Shown: piece after piece, positions 12,566 to 28,535 of the stretch
Layout of the letters: each line of letters begins with the position of its first letter
Numbering within the stretch: position 1 is the stretch's first letter
NCBI GenBank assembly: GCA_040954595.2
Contig: CM082597.2
Span: 434,001 to 498,000, forward strand
Origin: Balanoglossus misakiensis
Lineage: Eukaryota; Animalia; Hemichordata
DNA: 64,000 nt
Direction of reading: 5' to 3'
Translations under genes and position numbers: made by a program
Notes under the pieces: generated by a model
What the model was told of the DNA's origin: nothing
Database searches by the model: none
Seen by the model: the letters and a program-made list of their open reading frames with translations, nothing else

Positions 12566-15500
12566 ACTCCTTGAACCTTCACTATCCACTTAAACTTAAA
12601 GATAATGAACTCCAAGTTTTCAGGGTAATCTTCTTTTCTAAATCCTCACAAAACTGTCCCTATAGACCTAGATAATATGTCTTAATGGCCACAAGCCAAA
12701 TTATCAACTATCTCTCAAACTTCCCACTGAACTTATCAATCATTCATGGTCATAAATCATCTATGAGATATTTTCTTCAGTTCCAACTGTACATTCTTGT
12801 TCATGTGTACAGGTTCAACATTAATTTAAATAATAATCATGCAAAATGTAAAGTTGATTTACTTCAGAACTGCAAAAATGAAATGACTCTCCAATTTCCC
12901 ATTCCATTTACTCAGAGTAATGAAAAACCATGGTTTTTCTACAGATTATATTTTACTTGACGTTATTTTAAGGAATTAAGATTAAACTAATTCCTTATAT
13001 TTTTAAAGAAGTCAGATTAAACTAATTCTTACACAACTTTTGGTTTGACCATGTTATTCTTGGCCTCATATCAGAAAATATACAAACTTGGTGTTAGAGG
13101 GCGCTGATCACTCGACACACAACTTTCTATTTCTGTCAAGAGTGACAAGTTTAACTTTGATGGAAATCTTGAATCAATTTCACTTCTCTCTTTATATCAA
13201 CAGAACATTTGACAGACTTCAAACATCTCATAGATGGGTTTTTTTCTTACAATCTCTCAACTCTCAGCTGAAGAAAACTTAACCCAACTTACATCATTTT
13301 CAACTTCTCTTCTTATGATTAATTTATTTAGATGTTCTAAGGTTTTTTAACTTTTAATTTCTAAAATCTTACACATCAATTGCCAACAAAATGTTAATTT
13401 AAGCAATATATACACTTTGATTATTTGTAGCAATTCTCATTCAGAGCCAATAGAATTTTCCGCCTGAGCATGAGCAGATACTTGCATAATTGTAGCAATT
13501 TGGTTATTAGAGTCCAGTACAGTCAATTTGTAACACATAGCCATCAGTCGACCTTCGACCCTTGCACAAGTTCTATAAAAAGCACCACCTGAAGATGTAA
13601 GGCATCTCATTATTTTGCCACCTCTGGGAAACCATGGCGACAGTTTTCTCCACCTCGATGGCAAAGTGATGTCCTGTGTCTGGCTTGAAATAACCCAATT
13701 ACCAAGGCACTAGGATAAAAGTCTCATACAGCAATTCATCAAAAAGCGCTGTAGTCCCTTACATGTTGTAAATTGGCTAAATAAAAAGTCACCCTCGGGG
13801 TTTGTTGGGCAGGATGTTTACCTCAGGGTCTTGTTGGACAAGATATTCCTAGTCAAATTAGCATTAAGGGACATATTCAACATTAAGGGACTTTCCCCGG
13901 AATACAGAGTGATAATAGTAGTGGGAACACAAGTTCCTGTTGTGTGATTTTTTCCATTTCAGAGGAAGTTATGGAGTTAAAACTACTGCACTTAAAACAC
14001 TATAATGATCCCTACAAGTACAACAGTTAACAGTATCTCATTGTAAATCCCTTCTGTCATTATATTGACACACAGGGAAGGCTACAAGTTAGCATTAAAA
14101 TTAAGTCCTGTGCTCGTTTATACTACTGAGTGCGAAGACATTTTACTGAGTAGTCCAGTGTAAAATATATCAAAAAGGAATAAGCTTTTTTTCAATCGTT
14201 ATTATTTTTACTACAAGTTCAGAGACTGCATGCAAACACTTGAGTTTGGCACATTTTGGGTTCAAGAAAGCAAAAAAGATAATGATCTCCTATTCCCTGA
14301 AGACATCGTTTATCACTCTGGTAAAGTTCAGTTGAAAAACTTTTTACTTCTACATTGACAGTATGTGAGTATAGCTTTGATATGCAGCAATCTAGGCATG
14401 AACTTATTCACATACTGTTCATAAAGTTTGCTGTATTGTCCCAAATCATTCCATAACATCTGGATATTGATATAAAAATATAGCCTTAGTACATGTTAGA
14501 TTCACTGCACACACATCCAAAGCATCTCTTTTGAACTCTGTTTTTCCATCAACTTCTGACGTAAATCCTTTTCTAAGTGCCGTTCCTTTCCATACTTTGG
14601 TGAAAACTGATCCCTTAGGGGAAACTGACAGATCTGCAACACTACTTCTCAAAGTAGTCTATAATTCTTCGTCAAACTTTTGATGTGCAGTGTACCTGAG
14701 CAGTTTCATTTAAGGAATTGTAATGATCATATATCACACCTGGAAGTTCTCAGGATTTATCACTCTTTATGACAGAGTCACGGTCAAATGCTCAGCTATC
14801 CATCTTTCACTTCAACTAATCTTTTAACCCCCATATATCTCATTTCTGAATTTATCTGTGTCAATACAAAGCCTCTCACTACAACTAACTCATCGCGTAT
14901 TTTCATTTTTTACCTCTAATATAACAGATGACAGGAGCCATAATGTCTGGGCTATAGCTTTGCTTTACAAATACCTACACTATAGTTTCACAGTCTTATT
15001 GAATCTGTTTTATCATACCTGCAGGCTTGACAACCACACATCAATAACAGAGAGTTACCATGGTTACATGTTATCAATTTTCAGTCCTGTTTCCCCACCT
15101 TAAAAAAATAACTGTTAGTCTTTTTTTATTATCTGACACTGAAGTTTTGACATCATCCCTTGCCATTTTTGTCTGAAAACAAGATACAAGTAGAAAACTA
15201 AAAGTAGTGATTTCCTCAATCCTAAATAGCTACATTGTTTCTAGCTGGTCTTCTTGTTGATTCTTCTAATCACTGTTCTAATTTAAAGCCATACCATGAG
15301 TATTCACATCACTGTAATTTTCAAAAGAATTTAAGCATAAATTGCCAAACGCATGCCTATTTTCTTTTTCACTGACCCGAAAACTTCTGTTCTGTGCCCA
15401 GAATAATTTCCAAGAGTTTTTTGAGGGGTAGCTGATTAGAGAATGTTTTTGCATTTACACATGTCAAGTTTATTTTTAGTCAATTACCTTCCAGTGGTAA

Positions 15501-18500
15501 TCAGCAACCACAGCATTTTTATCGAAACCATCAAATCAGAGATAAAATTCAAACAAACCACAGAAGGCAATCAATTGAAGCATAGAATCTTTTTGTGGTT
15601 AGTTGGGAAAATAAGAACCTTTTAAATCTTATCACCTGGCCAATATAGACTTGTTCTTGAAACATACTTGTGCTATCAACAGAGAGAAAAAGGAGTTGGG
15701 GTAGGTCCATTAATGGTATGTCAACAGAACTCCTGAGAATTGGCTAGGATCAATGGTAAGATAACCGTATACTTAGCAAGGAGCCAGACTGACTGGGGTC
15801 ATACGTTATACACATCCATCACTGCACACATGAATTACTATGTAAACAGTCACCTCCCCAAGCTTTCCACAAATGCCACGCTATATTAGAAATGAATGCC
15901 TATGCAATCAATATGCTATTAAATAAAAATTCCACTACATATTTTCACTGTTATAAAACAAACTGTTGCCTTCTTCTACCTCTCAAATCCATAAATTCCA
16001 TGTAAACTTATAAATGGCTTTTAAATGCATTTTATCAATACAGAAAATCCTCAAGGTACAAAAATCTGATATCAAGATGAATAATACGACCCAACAGGAG
16101 CAAAAAAAACCTCCATATAAATCAAATCGTGACCTGTTTTCTACGTGGGAGTTATTAAAATTAATTCAAGTAAAGATTCCTTCATTTCAGGGTGCAATAA
16201 AAAGAACAGAGTATTCTGAAAGCTGATGGATTACAGTCATTGTAAATGGTGCCAGCCTAGATCCCCAAACATTTCAAACAAGATTTATTACTACGGCTAC
16301 AAGACATGTTTGGAGGTTCAACACACCAGCTGGTAGCTGGTCATATCATCCATGATGAGTGTTCGATTTTCCATATTACACTGCAAACTTGAATCCTAAT
16401 CATTACATACTTTTTTATTGAATGTTCTGTGTAATATTTCTTGCCATTTCAATAACAATTTCAATACTGACAAAGATTATACTGTTGTATACTGGATAGA
16501 AAAAAGTAACTTTGGCAAACTTTTTGATGATTCAAACTTCAATCTCTCATCTTGCAGACAATATCTGTATCAGTCAATCTTTAAATATTCTCCAAAGGTT
16601 TCCTGGCAAAATATTGATGCAATTCTGAAGAGCTGAAGTGGTCTCTCCCACAGGAATTCATATCAATGTGATAATATGTCATCAGAATACAAATAAACTC
16701 AAGGGCAATGGGGTTAAGTGGTCTTCAAAGATGGGCAGCTACAAATGGTTGTTGAAACCACAAGAAATGTAGAGACATTCAACATAAATAAGTGATTGGT
16801 AAATATACATATTACTATGGCCTGGACATAAGTAAGTTAAGTTTTTGAAGTATATAGAACACCAACCCCACAACCCGGCGTGCACAATAGTCGAAATTGC
16901 TGGGAGTGTTAACATCAGATATTCACAGATTTGTGGCTATTTTATCTGCCAACTCTACTTACAAATACATACAAATAATTTCCACAATGTACTGAAATGA
17001 TTTAATAGAGGTAAGTAAAGGCTCTACATAAATGGAGCAGGTCTGACTCACTCTTTTCGAAAGTCATGAACTCCTATCTCTAATCTTGTGCTTTACGTAC
17101 TTTTCTCATACAGTTTTGACAGTTTGGTATATTGTACACGATCTACAAATTGTTTCTTCAAGTTCAAGTATTGGTACTTGAGATTTATCAACCAAGTAGG
17201 GTTGTCTAAACTTCAGCAAGAGACACATACCAAGTCTAGACGTACATTATCGAAATATCAAACTGTGATCTTTCACCTTATATTTCCATGTAAGCGGGTG
17301 CGAGCATCATGGGGATATTTCTAGGAATCAATTATTGACACTGAAACTGGCAAGGTTAAAAGTCTACAATTCAAACATTTTCTTTGAAGTTGGCTTCCAG
17401 GTATATTTCTATATTCATGAGGGTCATCTATACCCTTGGCTGATTAACAGTTTGATGGGCGGACAATCGGGAATCAAAATGAAAGGATGCTTCAAAATGT
17501 AATAGCTCGTCATAATGAATGTTTCATAATTGAAAGTCATCGCTGGAAAACCTGTGATTTCACATAGTTCTCTGTCTGTTAGTCTAGCAAATTTTCTTTC
17601 ACTCTAAATCATATCTTGCTGAAACACAATGTTTTTGATTATGTCTTGACCAACAGAGAGAAATCCAGAAATTGAACTCAGGTTAAGCACCCTGGTTCAA
17701 ACTTCTCTCATTTCCTAATACCTTTGAACTTACAGCCATTAATGATACTTAAGAATTCCAGGAAATGAGGGCTTCAAAGATAAATTTGAAATATATAACC
17801 TGAAGGTAAATTTTAATAACCCACATATACACCAAAACATCCTGCAGCAAAGTTGCAAAAGCAAAGATTATTTTTATAATTCCCAATGGCTTTGGCATAT
17901 TAACAGCAAAAAGAGTTCCTTAATTATGATTTGAAATATCGAAACGTCACGCATCCTTGATTAAACTAAAGCTCTTTAGATCTAACTTTGCCCATATTTT
18001 ATTTTTAGACTCGGCAGACAACCAACAAAGTATATAGAATAAAGTCAAACTCCTAAAAGAATATATGGACTTCTGGCAAAGACAAGGTTGTGTCTGCTGT
18101 TTCAAAAATATTTAGCAGACCCTGCTTCATATATGGCAGTCACCAAACAGTCAAATAGGAATTATAGTGACTGTCACAATCTAAAGGCAAATGTATCATC
18201 AAGACCATCATAGATCATTTGTCCAAGAGACACATTAAACTTATCTATGCTCATGACAGCTGCTGAAAAACTGCTTGAATTTAGACACAAGCATAAAATC
18301 AACATCATCATCATTTCAGAGTAAGATCCAGCAGAATGTCATCTTTGATATCTTGGTAATGTCAGAACCATTGACACAACTTAGCCTTTGAACCGCAATG
18401 ACCCATAATTACAGTGCATCATTAGACATTGTAGAAAACCCTGGCGTTTACTTATGAGGTTGTCTGCCAAATCAGCCCTCTTGCCCGCCATCTTTTAACT

Positions 18501-19612
18501 CTTTGGCCTTTGGCATGTGTTTGTAATTGCACCAGTGTGCAAAGGTCCGATGTTGAGATGGAAAACTGCTGCAGGACAAAGCAGAGAGTGTGTTTATCGG
18601 ATTTACAGTATCCATCAGTCCTGCATTTACAGTCTGGATGCAACCATGTGGCAAAAGTCTGCAACATCTTTGAAGATAAATGATAACTACTATTAATGAT
18701 TAGTTTCATTTTGATTACATAAAGAAAACCATTTCCTTTTAATTACTTCTGTTGCAAATCACAACCCCCAGAGCCTTGAGTTTTTATAAATACAAAAATC
18801 CACAGCTTACTACCTGTACCACAAGACATTTTAGTAATGCCACTGGTCCAGATTTCAAACCTGAATATATAGGGGCAAATCCTTATGTTACCAGGAACTC
18901 CTGGGCTGAGAGGTTTAATATCTCAATCAGAAACTTTGTTTTCTTCAAGCATAACTAAGAGACAGACAGTATGACTTCAAGATCAATCTATTGTCCAGGG
19001 AAGACTGCAGTCATCCAAGTATTTTATTTCAATGCCATAGCTTGGAGTGTTGCTCGGAGAACCAAAGATGGGCTGAGAGACTTTTGAAATGTCTTCAAGA
19101 AAGATAGAATGTCTAGAGACGTCTTCAAAGTCTCAAATGCCATCTTCTTCTGCTCAAATTACATGTTCTAAATGTCACACTGTTCAGAATACTCGAATGA
19201 AAATTTGAGAACAGTGCTACAATGATCTACTTCAAGAAGTGAGAGCATACAGTTGAGGGCAGGCTGTCACCTACTTTGCTTCATACTTGTTATATGTCAG
19301 TGAAATATGCTACATCAGCAGTCCAAACTATAGCCACAGCTGGGTGCATTGACAGCTGAGTATACCAGTATAGATGTACATATACATATGTTTCTATATT
19401 GAGCTTTTATCTTCTGAATTAACCTTTCTTTTATAGATTTGAGTCTTTCAATGAGACCTGTGTGAGCTGCTTTGCATTGCAGACATGATGTCATCTAACT
19501 AAGAGTCACACCATTATCAACGAACACACACCTATGTACATGTACGATTCCGGATCCAAGTCTAAATGATAAAATAATGCTTTAATATTTTCTTCATTTA
19601 TGAAGTTTTCTA

Positions 19613-19700
19613 TTTTTTCACCCATTTCCAAATGTATTTGCCCATGGAAGCTATTCAACTGTGTAAGACTGAACCAAACTGTGAGGGGTGAAGGGGTTAA
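19613..19700 (-). mobile_element. Diverged relative of the 85-bp piggyBac-type MITE
   Basis: Ends in ggtgaaggggttaa and contains gactgaacca. The left TIR is decayed (ttttcacc). Confidence 0.55.
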
Positions 19701-20940
19701 CTGAACAGAAACTACAAGCCAGTTAGAATTGATGGCTCGGATGAACACTATCTTCAAAAGGTTGACAAACAAGTCATCTCACGATGTCATTGGATAAACT
19801 ACGTGTCACAGGTCAAACAAACAGTGATTCTTGCTGAATTCCACAAACAGAAGTGAGATACTCCCTCGATTTACGACCAAGATGGCAGCTTTGAGAAAGA
19901 CTTGGCGATGAGGAGAGTCTCTGAGATGATAGAATAGAGACGGAGTAATCCTTAAAAGATGACAAGTGATTGTAAGATTAGGAAGGAATTACAAATGCAA
20001 CACAGGACTCGCACTGTCACATCGAATCATGGCAGAAGGCACGGGATACTTCTTGCAAGGAAAGAAGACATTATTTTCATCCGGACTCAAATGATGCCCT
20101 CTAAGACTGTATTTGTCTTGGAATTACAATGACACAGTCTTACTGAATAACAATGCATTGCACAGATAAGATGACATTTCAGATTTAAGTCAACGTGACA
20201 TCTCTACTCTCCCCAATCAAATTCAGTCTGGCATTTTCTACATCAATTCGTGCCATCTTCTTGGCAACTTTCTTCTGCAATGTTCGTGTCCTTTGATGTT
20301 GAACTTCAATTTGGCAATAATCCACATTAATCCTATTAAATTTATGTTATGGTAGACTTCACTTCAAATTATTGACTCAAATGATCTTAATCTGATCATA
20401 CGTTATGATCATACGTTATGCATGCAAGCATCCAATAACAAGCAATTATCAGAAGTCTTATATCCAATGTCAAGATCATTAACAGTCACATCACGATCAT
20501 TATCAAACGTTTACAGAAAAACAGTAATTGACCTGAATGAGAACCCCTGTCATCATATATACAACATTCAATGAACAAATCCTACACTTCATGATCAGAA
20601 ACTGCTAACACCATCTTGGTGGCCAACCATGATACACAAAGCTCAAACCTGCCTATTTGGTTATTTGAAATATGATTACATGTTAGATGGAACTGAGGTG
20701 ATTAGATTTACACAAATAAAGATGTTATTCAATTCTGTAACAGATTGGATTTTTGAGAAATACATGAAACATAATCACTTCTCGTCAACGACTGCATGTC
20801 ACAATTACACTTACAGAATTTCTATTTTGGACAAAACGAGACAGTTTATAACATTTCAACATCTAACAATATTGCAATTGCTGAAAATAGAGGCACAGCC
20901 CTCTTCTGCATAAAAACAAGTCACTGCCTTCTGCAATATT

Positions 20941-20995
20941 TGGCAGCCATTTTGAATTTGGAGATGCATATCATTTCATTTCAACCTCAAACTTG
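20941..20995 (-). repeat. Dispersed repeat fragment, inverted relative to 1767-1819
   Basis: ggcagccattttgaatttggagatgcatatcatttcattt matches the reverse complement of the 1.8 kb segment. Confidence 0.55.
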
Positions 20996-23622
20996 ACAAC
21001 CCCTTATATTTATTCCTGTAACTTTGATTATTTGATTAAACTGGAAATCTAGAGTTCATGGATTGGAGCATACTTGAGGAAGTTCAATACGATCCAATTT
21101 GCCATTGTTCAAATCCCATATATCATCAAAGATATATCTATTACCTGCAACCTTTTCCCACAGAGCTTCCAAATCAATCAAGCACATGAATAATCAGTTG
21201 TCTTAAAAACCATAAAGCCCAAAAGGTTTGATTAATGAAAATACTACTGCCTTCAGGCAATATCCTCCCAAGTTCATGACATCTAAATTTAAAATTTGAG
21301 GACTTTGCGTGATGCTCTAGGGTATGCTGTGTTCCTTAGAGATAAAATTAACTGGTTGTAGATTTTTAGGTTACCACAGTAAACTACAGTATGCCCTGAA
21401 TCTTGGGATATCTTGGGTAGATGCTTGCCACTTTTCCCAACATTCTTTTTATAAAATTGCTAGCAATATCAATACTACTAACAGTACTCCACTGTCATAT
21501 CGTGCTATGATATGTATATCTGGAATAAGTTCAGTGACATATGATCGAACTATTTGAACATTACCTATGCCACACCCAACAAAAATTAATCAGGTCGTCA
21601 TTAAGAAACGAAATCTATGTATGATATATTTTGCAATCCACAGAAATCAGTCCGACAATAGGTCTGATGTGCAAATACATGAGCTAAAAGATGAATCATA
21701 ACTCTACGTGAAAATAATCTCCACTTTCTCCTTCAAGAAGTTGTTAATCTCTCCCAAGAGAACTGGTATGACTTTCCATATACTGTTATAAATCTATTTC
21801 ACCACTGAGTGTATAAAAAACTCATTTGATATCCATTTTAGAGTAGGAAAGTGACATGAAAAAGTATAATTTAAGAGCACTGCGCAAATCAATACACAGA
21901 ACAAAAGTATAGAGAAAAAACCTGAAAAGTAAATGCTAATTTCCTCAACAGTTTGATCACATATAAATTGTACAAGCAGAACTGAACTTCACCCACTTGG
22001 AACCTTAAATCCTTAACATTTACATCATAGCCTATAACTTTTAAGATATCTCTTTAACTCACACACGCCCATTGCAAATTTACAAGGGTGAATTTAAAAT
22101 TTCCACTGCATTGTGGAATACCAGATGAACATCAATTTAATGATGTGAAGCCAGATTTAGATTAGAATTGAAGATTTTTCCAGTTGACTGCAAGTATTAC
22201 TTATTGCAGGGAGAATCTGCTCGCAATGTATTTGGAATCCATCACCCAAATCTGAAGTGTCTTCCAAACAAACAAGATGGTAATATTTATTTCTTTTTGA
22301 ACGTTGATACGGTACAAAAACCATTATAACTTTTTTGAATAACATTAGTAACGTGGTAAAGATTTAGCATAAACAGAATGGCAGTTTACCATTCAGCAAA
22401 AATGAGAATATTGATGGAACATTTTTTTCTGCTTTGCATACGTGAAAAGGGATGTACATCGGAATCATTAATAAGTAGGAAGAAAATAAAGCAAGAGCAA
22501 TTTTGTCTGATTGTAAGAATTCCCCATTGTCATTTAATGGCCCTTTCCATCGACTGCAAACAGCTTTAACTGTGTGCATTGCTGCATCATGGGAAGGATT
22601 TTCAACTTCTGCTAAGGTCAAATGACAAAAAATCTCATAAAATAAGCCATTGCAATGATTGCATGCAATTCTCTTGTTTGCATTTAATGATACTGTCTGA
22701 TTGGCCATACATACTACAGAACTCACAGGGTTATTTTGTCAAAGCCATCAAATATACATCACACAGCTAGTAATGATAACATAGCTACTCATCGAGTACT
22801 GCAACATGGTTATTTAAGCAACAATTTCACATTCTTTTTCCAAATCAACTGACTAAGATAACAACCTTCCAAAAATAAACCAAAGATATACCTTGGCATT
22901 TACATGAAAGCTGAGTTTTTACGATTATTCTAGCCGCCCGGTGTACACTGATTTTGGGCACTCTAAACAGAAACTGACCAGTCTGTGACAGGTATACAAG
23001 AGCACTACATTTTATGAGGGATGAAAATTTCAACTTTTCCCACTGACCACTGAAAAATTGACAAATGACCGACATATGAATATTTTGTGACTGATCTCAG
23101 GTATGATTACTATGAATTATATATACATAATTTCAGAATAGTCCTTGAACTCTTGTGTGTATCTGGCTGTAAATCAGTCATAATGATACAGAGTGTCTCT
23201 CTCAGAACAAATTAGACCAAATCCTCACAGACTGTATTTAGTCAAGCAGGATGCCACAGAATGACTTAACACAGCATAGTAATGCCCTGTGATGGCATGC
23301 AGAACAAACCAGCAATAAATTACACACACTGCAGATAGAAAACTTTGATAGTCTTTTTGACTGTGTCGGAATTCCAACCATCTGACCTTCTCCTCATCAA
23401 TTTTAGTGACAGATTACACTTTGTTGGACTTGTCAAATATGATAAAATCTACATTCACAAGATACAACACGCAGACTGTTTCAAATGGTAATTTGCATTT
23501 GCCCTTTATATTACTACAAAACCAACATACACCACAATGCATGACTGAAACAATTCAGTCTAAAGGTAACTTTTAACTTTTCATTGTGTGTTTGATTTAA
23601 AGCAGTCCCAGAAAGCTTCCTC

Positions 23623-23707
23623 CTCAAGGCATTATACCGTACATATTATAACAGTCCATATTCGATGGTTTTGATTTCAACTTATATACACCGAGACTTG
23701 TATCTAG
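23623..23707 (+). repeat. ~85-bp dispersed repeat, copy A
   Basis: ctcaaggca...gtacata...gatggttttgat...cttatatacacc...tgtatctag is shared with 28452-28535. Confidence 0.8.
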
Positions 23708-26700
23708 AAAAGCTTTATTCCAACAATTCTACTAAGAGATCAAAGTAAAAAACATATTCCTTCAAATTGATATGAAACTCAATACTTTATTTCATATTGT
23801 TCCACCATGAATCCAACAGAAACGCATGATGTGGACATGATGTATAGTGAACACAATTTGAAAACAAAACAGGTAGAAAAAGGATTAAGTATCTCGCATT
23901 AATTCAAATAGAGAAGACATTAGTGTCTGATATTCCGAAGTTTGTCTAATGACACTCAAGGGGCATTGTGTATAGCACTCATTCATTGTGTTCTGCTTGG
24001 CATAAAAGTCGCCAAATCGAACAACGGAGAAGAACAAAAATATTAATGCACAGCTGTCTGCAAAATTCCCTTGATAGTTTGTTCATTACTCTGTAAAAAT
24101 TCCATCAGACCCAGCTTCTCTTTAGTCTCTGATGGCATGCATATTAAAACATATGATATCAAATATACACAGTGACATCCACTCACTCTGATATGCAAAT
24201 ATGGGTCAAAGGTCACGTTGGTGTCTCTCAGTGAGACATGATGCACTGTTTCACATATTAGTGATAATGTATCATATGCAGGGCTAACCATTTTCTGAAC
24301 AAAATATTTTACAGAGTATTTACAGACACTGAATGTCATTTACAATCAGAAAAAGTAGAAGCGGTAATACCAGTACCAAACAAGAACTAGTTTTGTTGCG
24401 TCAGCTTAAACCGAATTTGGTTTGTGATTTGTACCTTAAAAGTTAGAATATTATTGCACAAACAGAGCTGATAATCTACAAAACTGTTTGAAAAATACTA
24501 TGCAATCTTGAAGTTTTACATGTATGTGGTCCAAATTTTAAAGCCATTTGTTCAAAGACAAATAGTATATTTTCTGAACAGTAGTGTTCCATATGAGCAA
24601 TTTGCGCATGCATGTATATTCATCGACGTTTCTGTTTGTTTTTGTACAGTAGAAATATATAAGCCTTGCGACTAAAACTGTATTTAGGTATTTGAACAGG
24701 AAAACCACAACACATGCAATTCCACACGTTCAACTAACAGACTTCAATTGCATTGTAACAGTCACAGCTCCACTGATTACCATAAATTACTATGACCTTT
24801 GATCTGAACACTGCCCAGTTAAGTGGCAGATAGGAGCTTTCTGCTGCATCTATGTCAATTCATGAGAGAGGTTAGAGACAGGTCATCAGTGCTGTTAATT
24901 CATCAACTCTTTGCTATTCAAAGTCTTCTTAGTCAGAAGAACCTTTATTGCAGAATCCCGTTCTACCGACACACCATATCTTCGACGAAAATTTTTGAAT
25001 ACCAAATCTTGTTGAATACCAAGGATTTTTTAAATCAGTTTTGTTGAGTTTGAACTATTAAATAGACTAATTATCTTTAAAATTACCTGAGGACATTGTT
25101 TCTTGTCCAAAAGAAATACTCAAATATCAAAGCAAACATACAATACAATTACAATTCAAATCAGATATTAGAAAGATTTAAATCTGAGTGAGTATCCCAA
25201 ATGCACCTTGGCAATCTCGAACTCTATCAACCTGTAGTCGATTACAGAACAGACTGTTCAGATACTATCAATATTTCACTACTTTAATTTGTAGCTTTCG
25301 ACTTGTCAGTTGTGATGTCACATCATGCATGTAATTCTTGTGTTTCTTTGATTACCAATGGTAGCCATTCATTGCCTATGCAGGAAATTACATAGATTAC
25401 TACGCCAGACTTCAATCCCAACTCAATATTCTCCTGACCGGACTTTCTATCCTTCAATTTTTTATCCTTCCTGTGTTTTTTTAAAGAGTCAATTAATGTC
25501 TCCTGTGATATTGTCACAGTATTCACTCACTTTGTGAGAATTCAACTCACAGGTGTCTTTGCAGAACCAGTTGTATTAGAATGTTTTAATACTATAGGGA
25601 TATTCACATAATATAGCCATGTATGTGTCTAGGGCGCGGTGAGTGATGTTTTTGACGATGACTGTATTATCGTGTCAAAACAGTGAACCTATTAACTTTG
25701 CAATTAAAAGAATACCTGAAACTGAACCTTTGAACCAAATGAGTTCTTGTAATGTATGCTAAGTGTGTGCGAATGAGTATTAGACGTTGTGAGGACAATT
25801 CAGTTCTGGCTGATTTCTCTTAAAATTCTTTAAGAGTAAAGACCTTGATTCCAACCTATCACGAATCACACAGCATGATCGACATACAAAGTTGGTGTAA
25901 TGGTTTTCACATCACGTCCAGCTTCATCAGATCTGTTTGTTAGCAATGCTACAGAGATTCAGAGCCTACGGAAAGGAACAATCAGCGAACAGCATGTTGA
26001 CTGACTGGGATTTCTGATTGAGAAATGCTGTAAGATTGTGGACTAATTAAATGAAGACTGCCTACAAACACAAGGCAAGACCACGCTAATGCATCGGTCA
26101 CCCAGAACAGGGCATATCCCAAGGACATGTCACGCATACATACAATGTTATACTCTCTATTTGTACAGCTTCATACACTACAGCCAATGCAACACAAAAT
26201 ACATTAAAACTACACTCCAAATCCTTTTAAAGGTGCAATAACACATTTCCCTTATGGTTTTAGATCAATAAAACAGTGTTTGTGTGCTATCAAGTTGTGT
26301 TATACCGTATTTCTACAAACTTTGGTATTTCAATACCTTATGTTTGTTCAAGGCAAAACAAGATAAAGTTACACCAGAGTTTTAAACAACACACTCAGGT
26401 GAGTTTAAGTCTTTTACTCCAAACTCAACATTGATAATTCATGGTGTACAATCTATGTGGATGTCATAACATCGCCTTGTGGGGTTAAGAAATTAAGGAT
26501 TCTAATTAATGAACAAAATATCATGTAAAGTTATATTTTCCATGGTGTTATTTGCTGGTGAACATTGGAGATTTAGGTATGTTTCGTGTTGGGCCGTAAA
26601 TGTATATAACTTTTAAAATGTCAAGTTCTTACACTGTTGAAGGTGGAGATATATTTATAACTGCATGGACATGTTTAAGAGACATGAGTTGATTGGATAA

Positions 26701-28451
26701 TCTAAAGCTGAAACTAAACAATTGATTTGTAAAACAGTCAGTCTAAGAGTGACACTTTAAGTAGCAATTTAGATTTATCTTGATCAGGTCAAGTCATGAA
26801 TGATAAGAATGTCTCCAATTCTGAGTCTCACTTCAAACTGTTACAATGTCAAAACTCAATCACATTAATCAATTCAATTGTTTCATTTTATCAATGAGTT
26901 GTGTTGAACAATACTTCTTCTGAGTCCTAACTGTCTAATGCTAAGCAATTTGCTGCCCTACGTTTCACAATTGAGTACTACTATATGCACTCCATGTATC
27001 TGCAAATTTCCAATATGTAGATATAAAACTGTATTAAAAGGAACATTAATTCAAAATATGCAAAATAGGATGATATCCAACAGACAATTGCCCTGTGAAT
27101 ATGCCCTCTATTCTCTTTTCACTTTGTTACAAAATCTTTTAAACCAAAATGTATCTTTCATTATATGTAAATTATCAGATCAGGATGATAATTTGTTGGT
27201 TGAAATTCTTAACCATAGACTTATCCAGGGTCCCTGTTAAACGCACTGACTCATAGTGCCATCATGCTGTTACATTTATGCAAATTAGGCACATAACATG
27301 GCGAGGTGACTGTTATTCACTTGGGATTTCCCTCAAAACTAGAAACTCTTAATGAATGGTGAAATTATAGTAGGTGGGTACTCTGATCCAGGATTACATA
27401 TTAACCCTTTCAAATCTCATCAAGTTTGCACTCTACACTGAAATAAACTGGCAGGGCCACAAGTACTAACCCTTTTATATCAATTTCATTTTATTTCTGT
27501 AAACCACATACTCATACTGCTTACGTGCATGCGCTACTGGTACAGAAAGAAAATAGTTTATAGGGCTGTGGGAAATACTAACGCCAAATAATTTCTCAGA
27601 ACTGCAAATCTGATTTTCTGATTTGGCAATTCAACCTCGACTATTATCACACCTTGGCACACAATATCTGACACTAACAGATGTCTTACAAGGTTTATCA
27701 TTGACTGATTTTGCACAGCTGAAATTATCAAGCATTCTCGTTTATCCAGTACCTACATTACGTCAGTCCGTAAAATTATCATAATATCCATAATTCCTTG
27801 TAAAAAAATGTTCAACATAGTTTTTCCATGATATGTCTGTTACAATTAAATCACTCGGTTATTAAGCCATAGATAGCTAATTCCAAACACAGACTCTGTG
27901 AAAAAGATTGCACTGATCAACCACCAAACTACGCAACTAATGAGAATATCATTGTTTCTGCTGCCTGGGGATATTTGGATTCGTTGTTTCCTTTGTGAGT
28001 TCTCCATCACTGCTGTGGTTAACCCTGCATGATCTCAGCAGTTCCCTGGAGCAATGGCTAAGCCATGCCGTCCATCCCTTCGATTGACGCAATTCCCCAC
28101 TTTACTTTCGGTGGATTCTCCCACAAATTTATTTTTTATTTTTTTTGCTGGAGATACTCAAGTGTCTGGCTCAAGTGATCAGTCATCAAAAATGGCAAGT
28201 CCGGTCGTCTTGGTTGTTCAATCTGAACATTCCTACCATAATTTTCTCAAGAACAGAAGAACAGCTAAAAAGATGCCTTTTCAAACACTTGGTTCTCTAA
28301 AAACATTGTGTATTGCTTTCATTACAAGTTTTAGTGTACAGTTATTTTACATAGAAACTTTAAGTATCTCTCTGTGTGAGGTACTGGCATACAAAACCTT
28401 GCCTACCATATCTCATTGATATTCCAACTATATAATCACCATTCTATTTGA

Positions 28452-28535
28452 CTCAAGGCATATACCGGTACATACTATCCCTCCACATTTGATGGTTTTG
28501 ATGTTCGGCTTATATACACCAAGAGGTGTATCTAG
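28452..28535 (+). repeat. ~85-bp dispersed repeat, copy B
   Basis: Direct-orientation homologue of 23623-23707. Confidence 0.8.
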
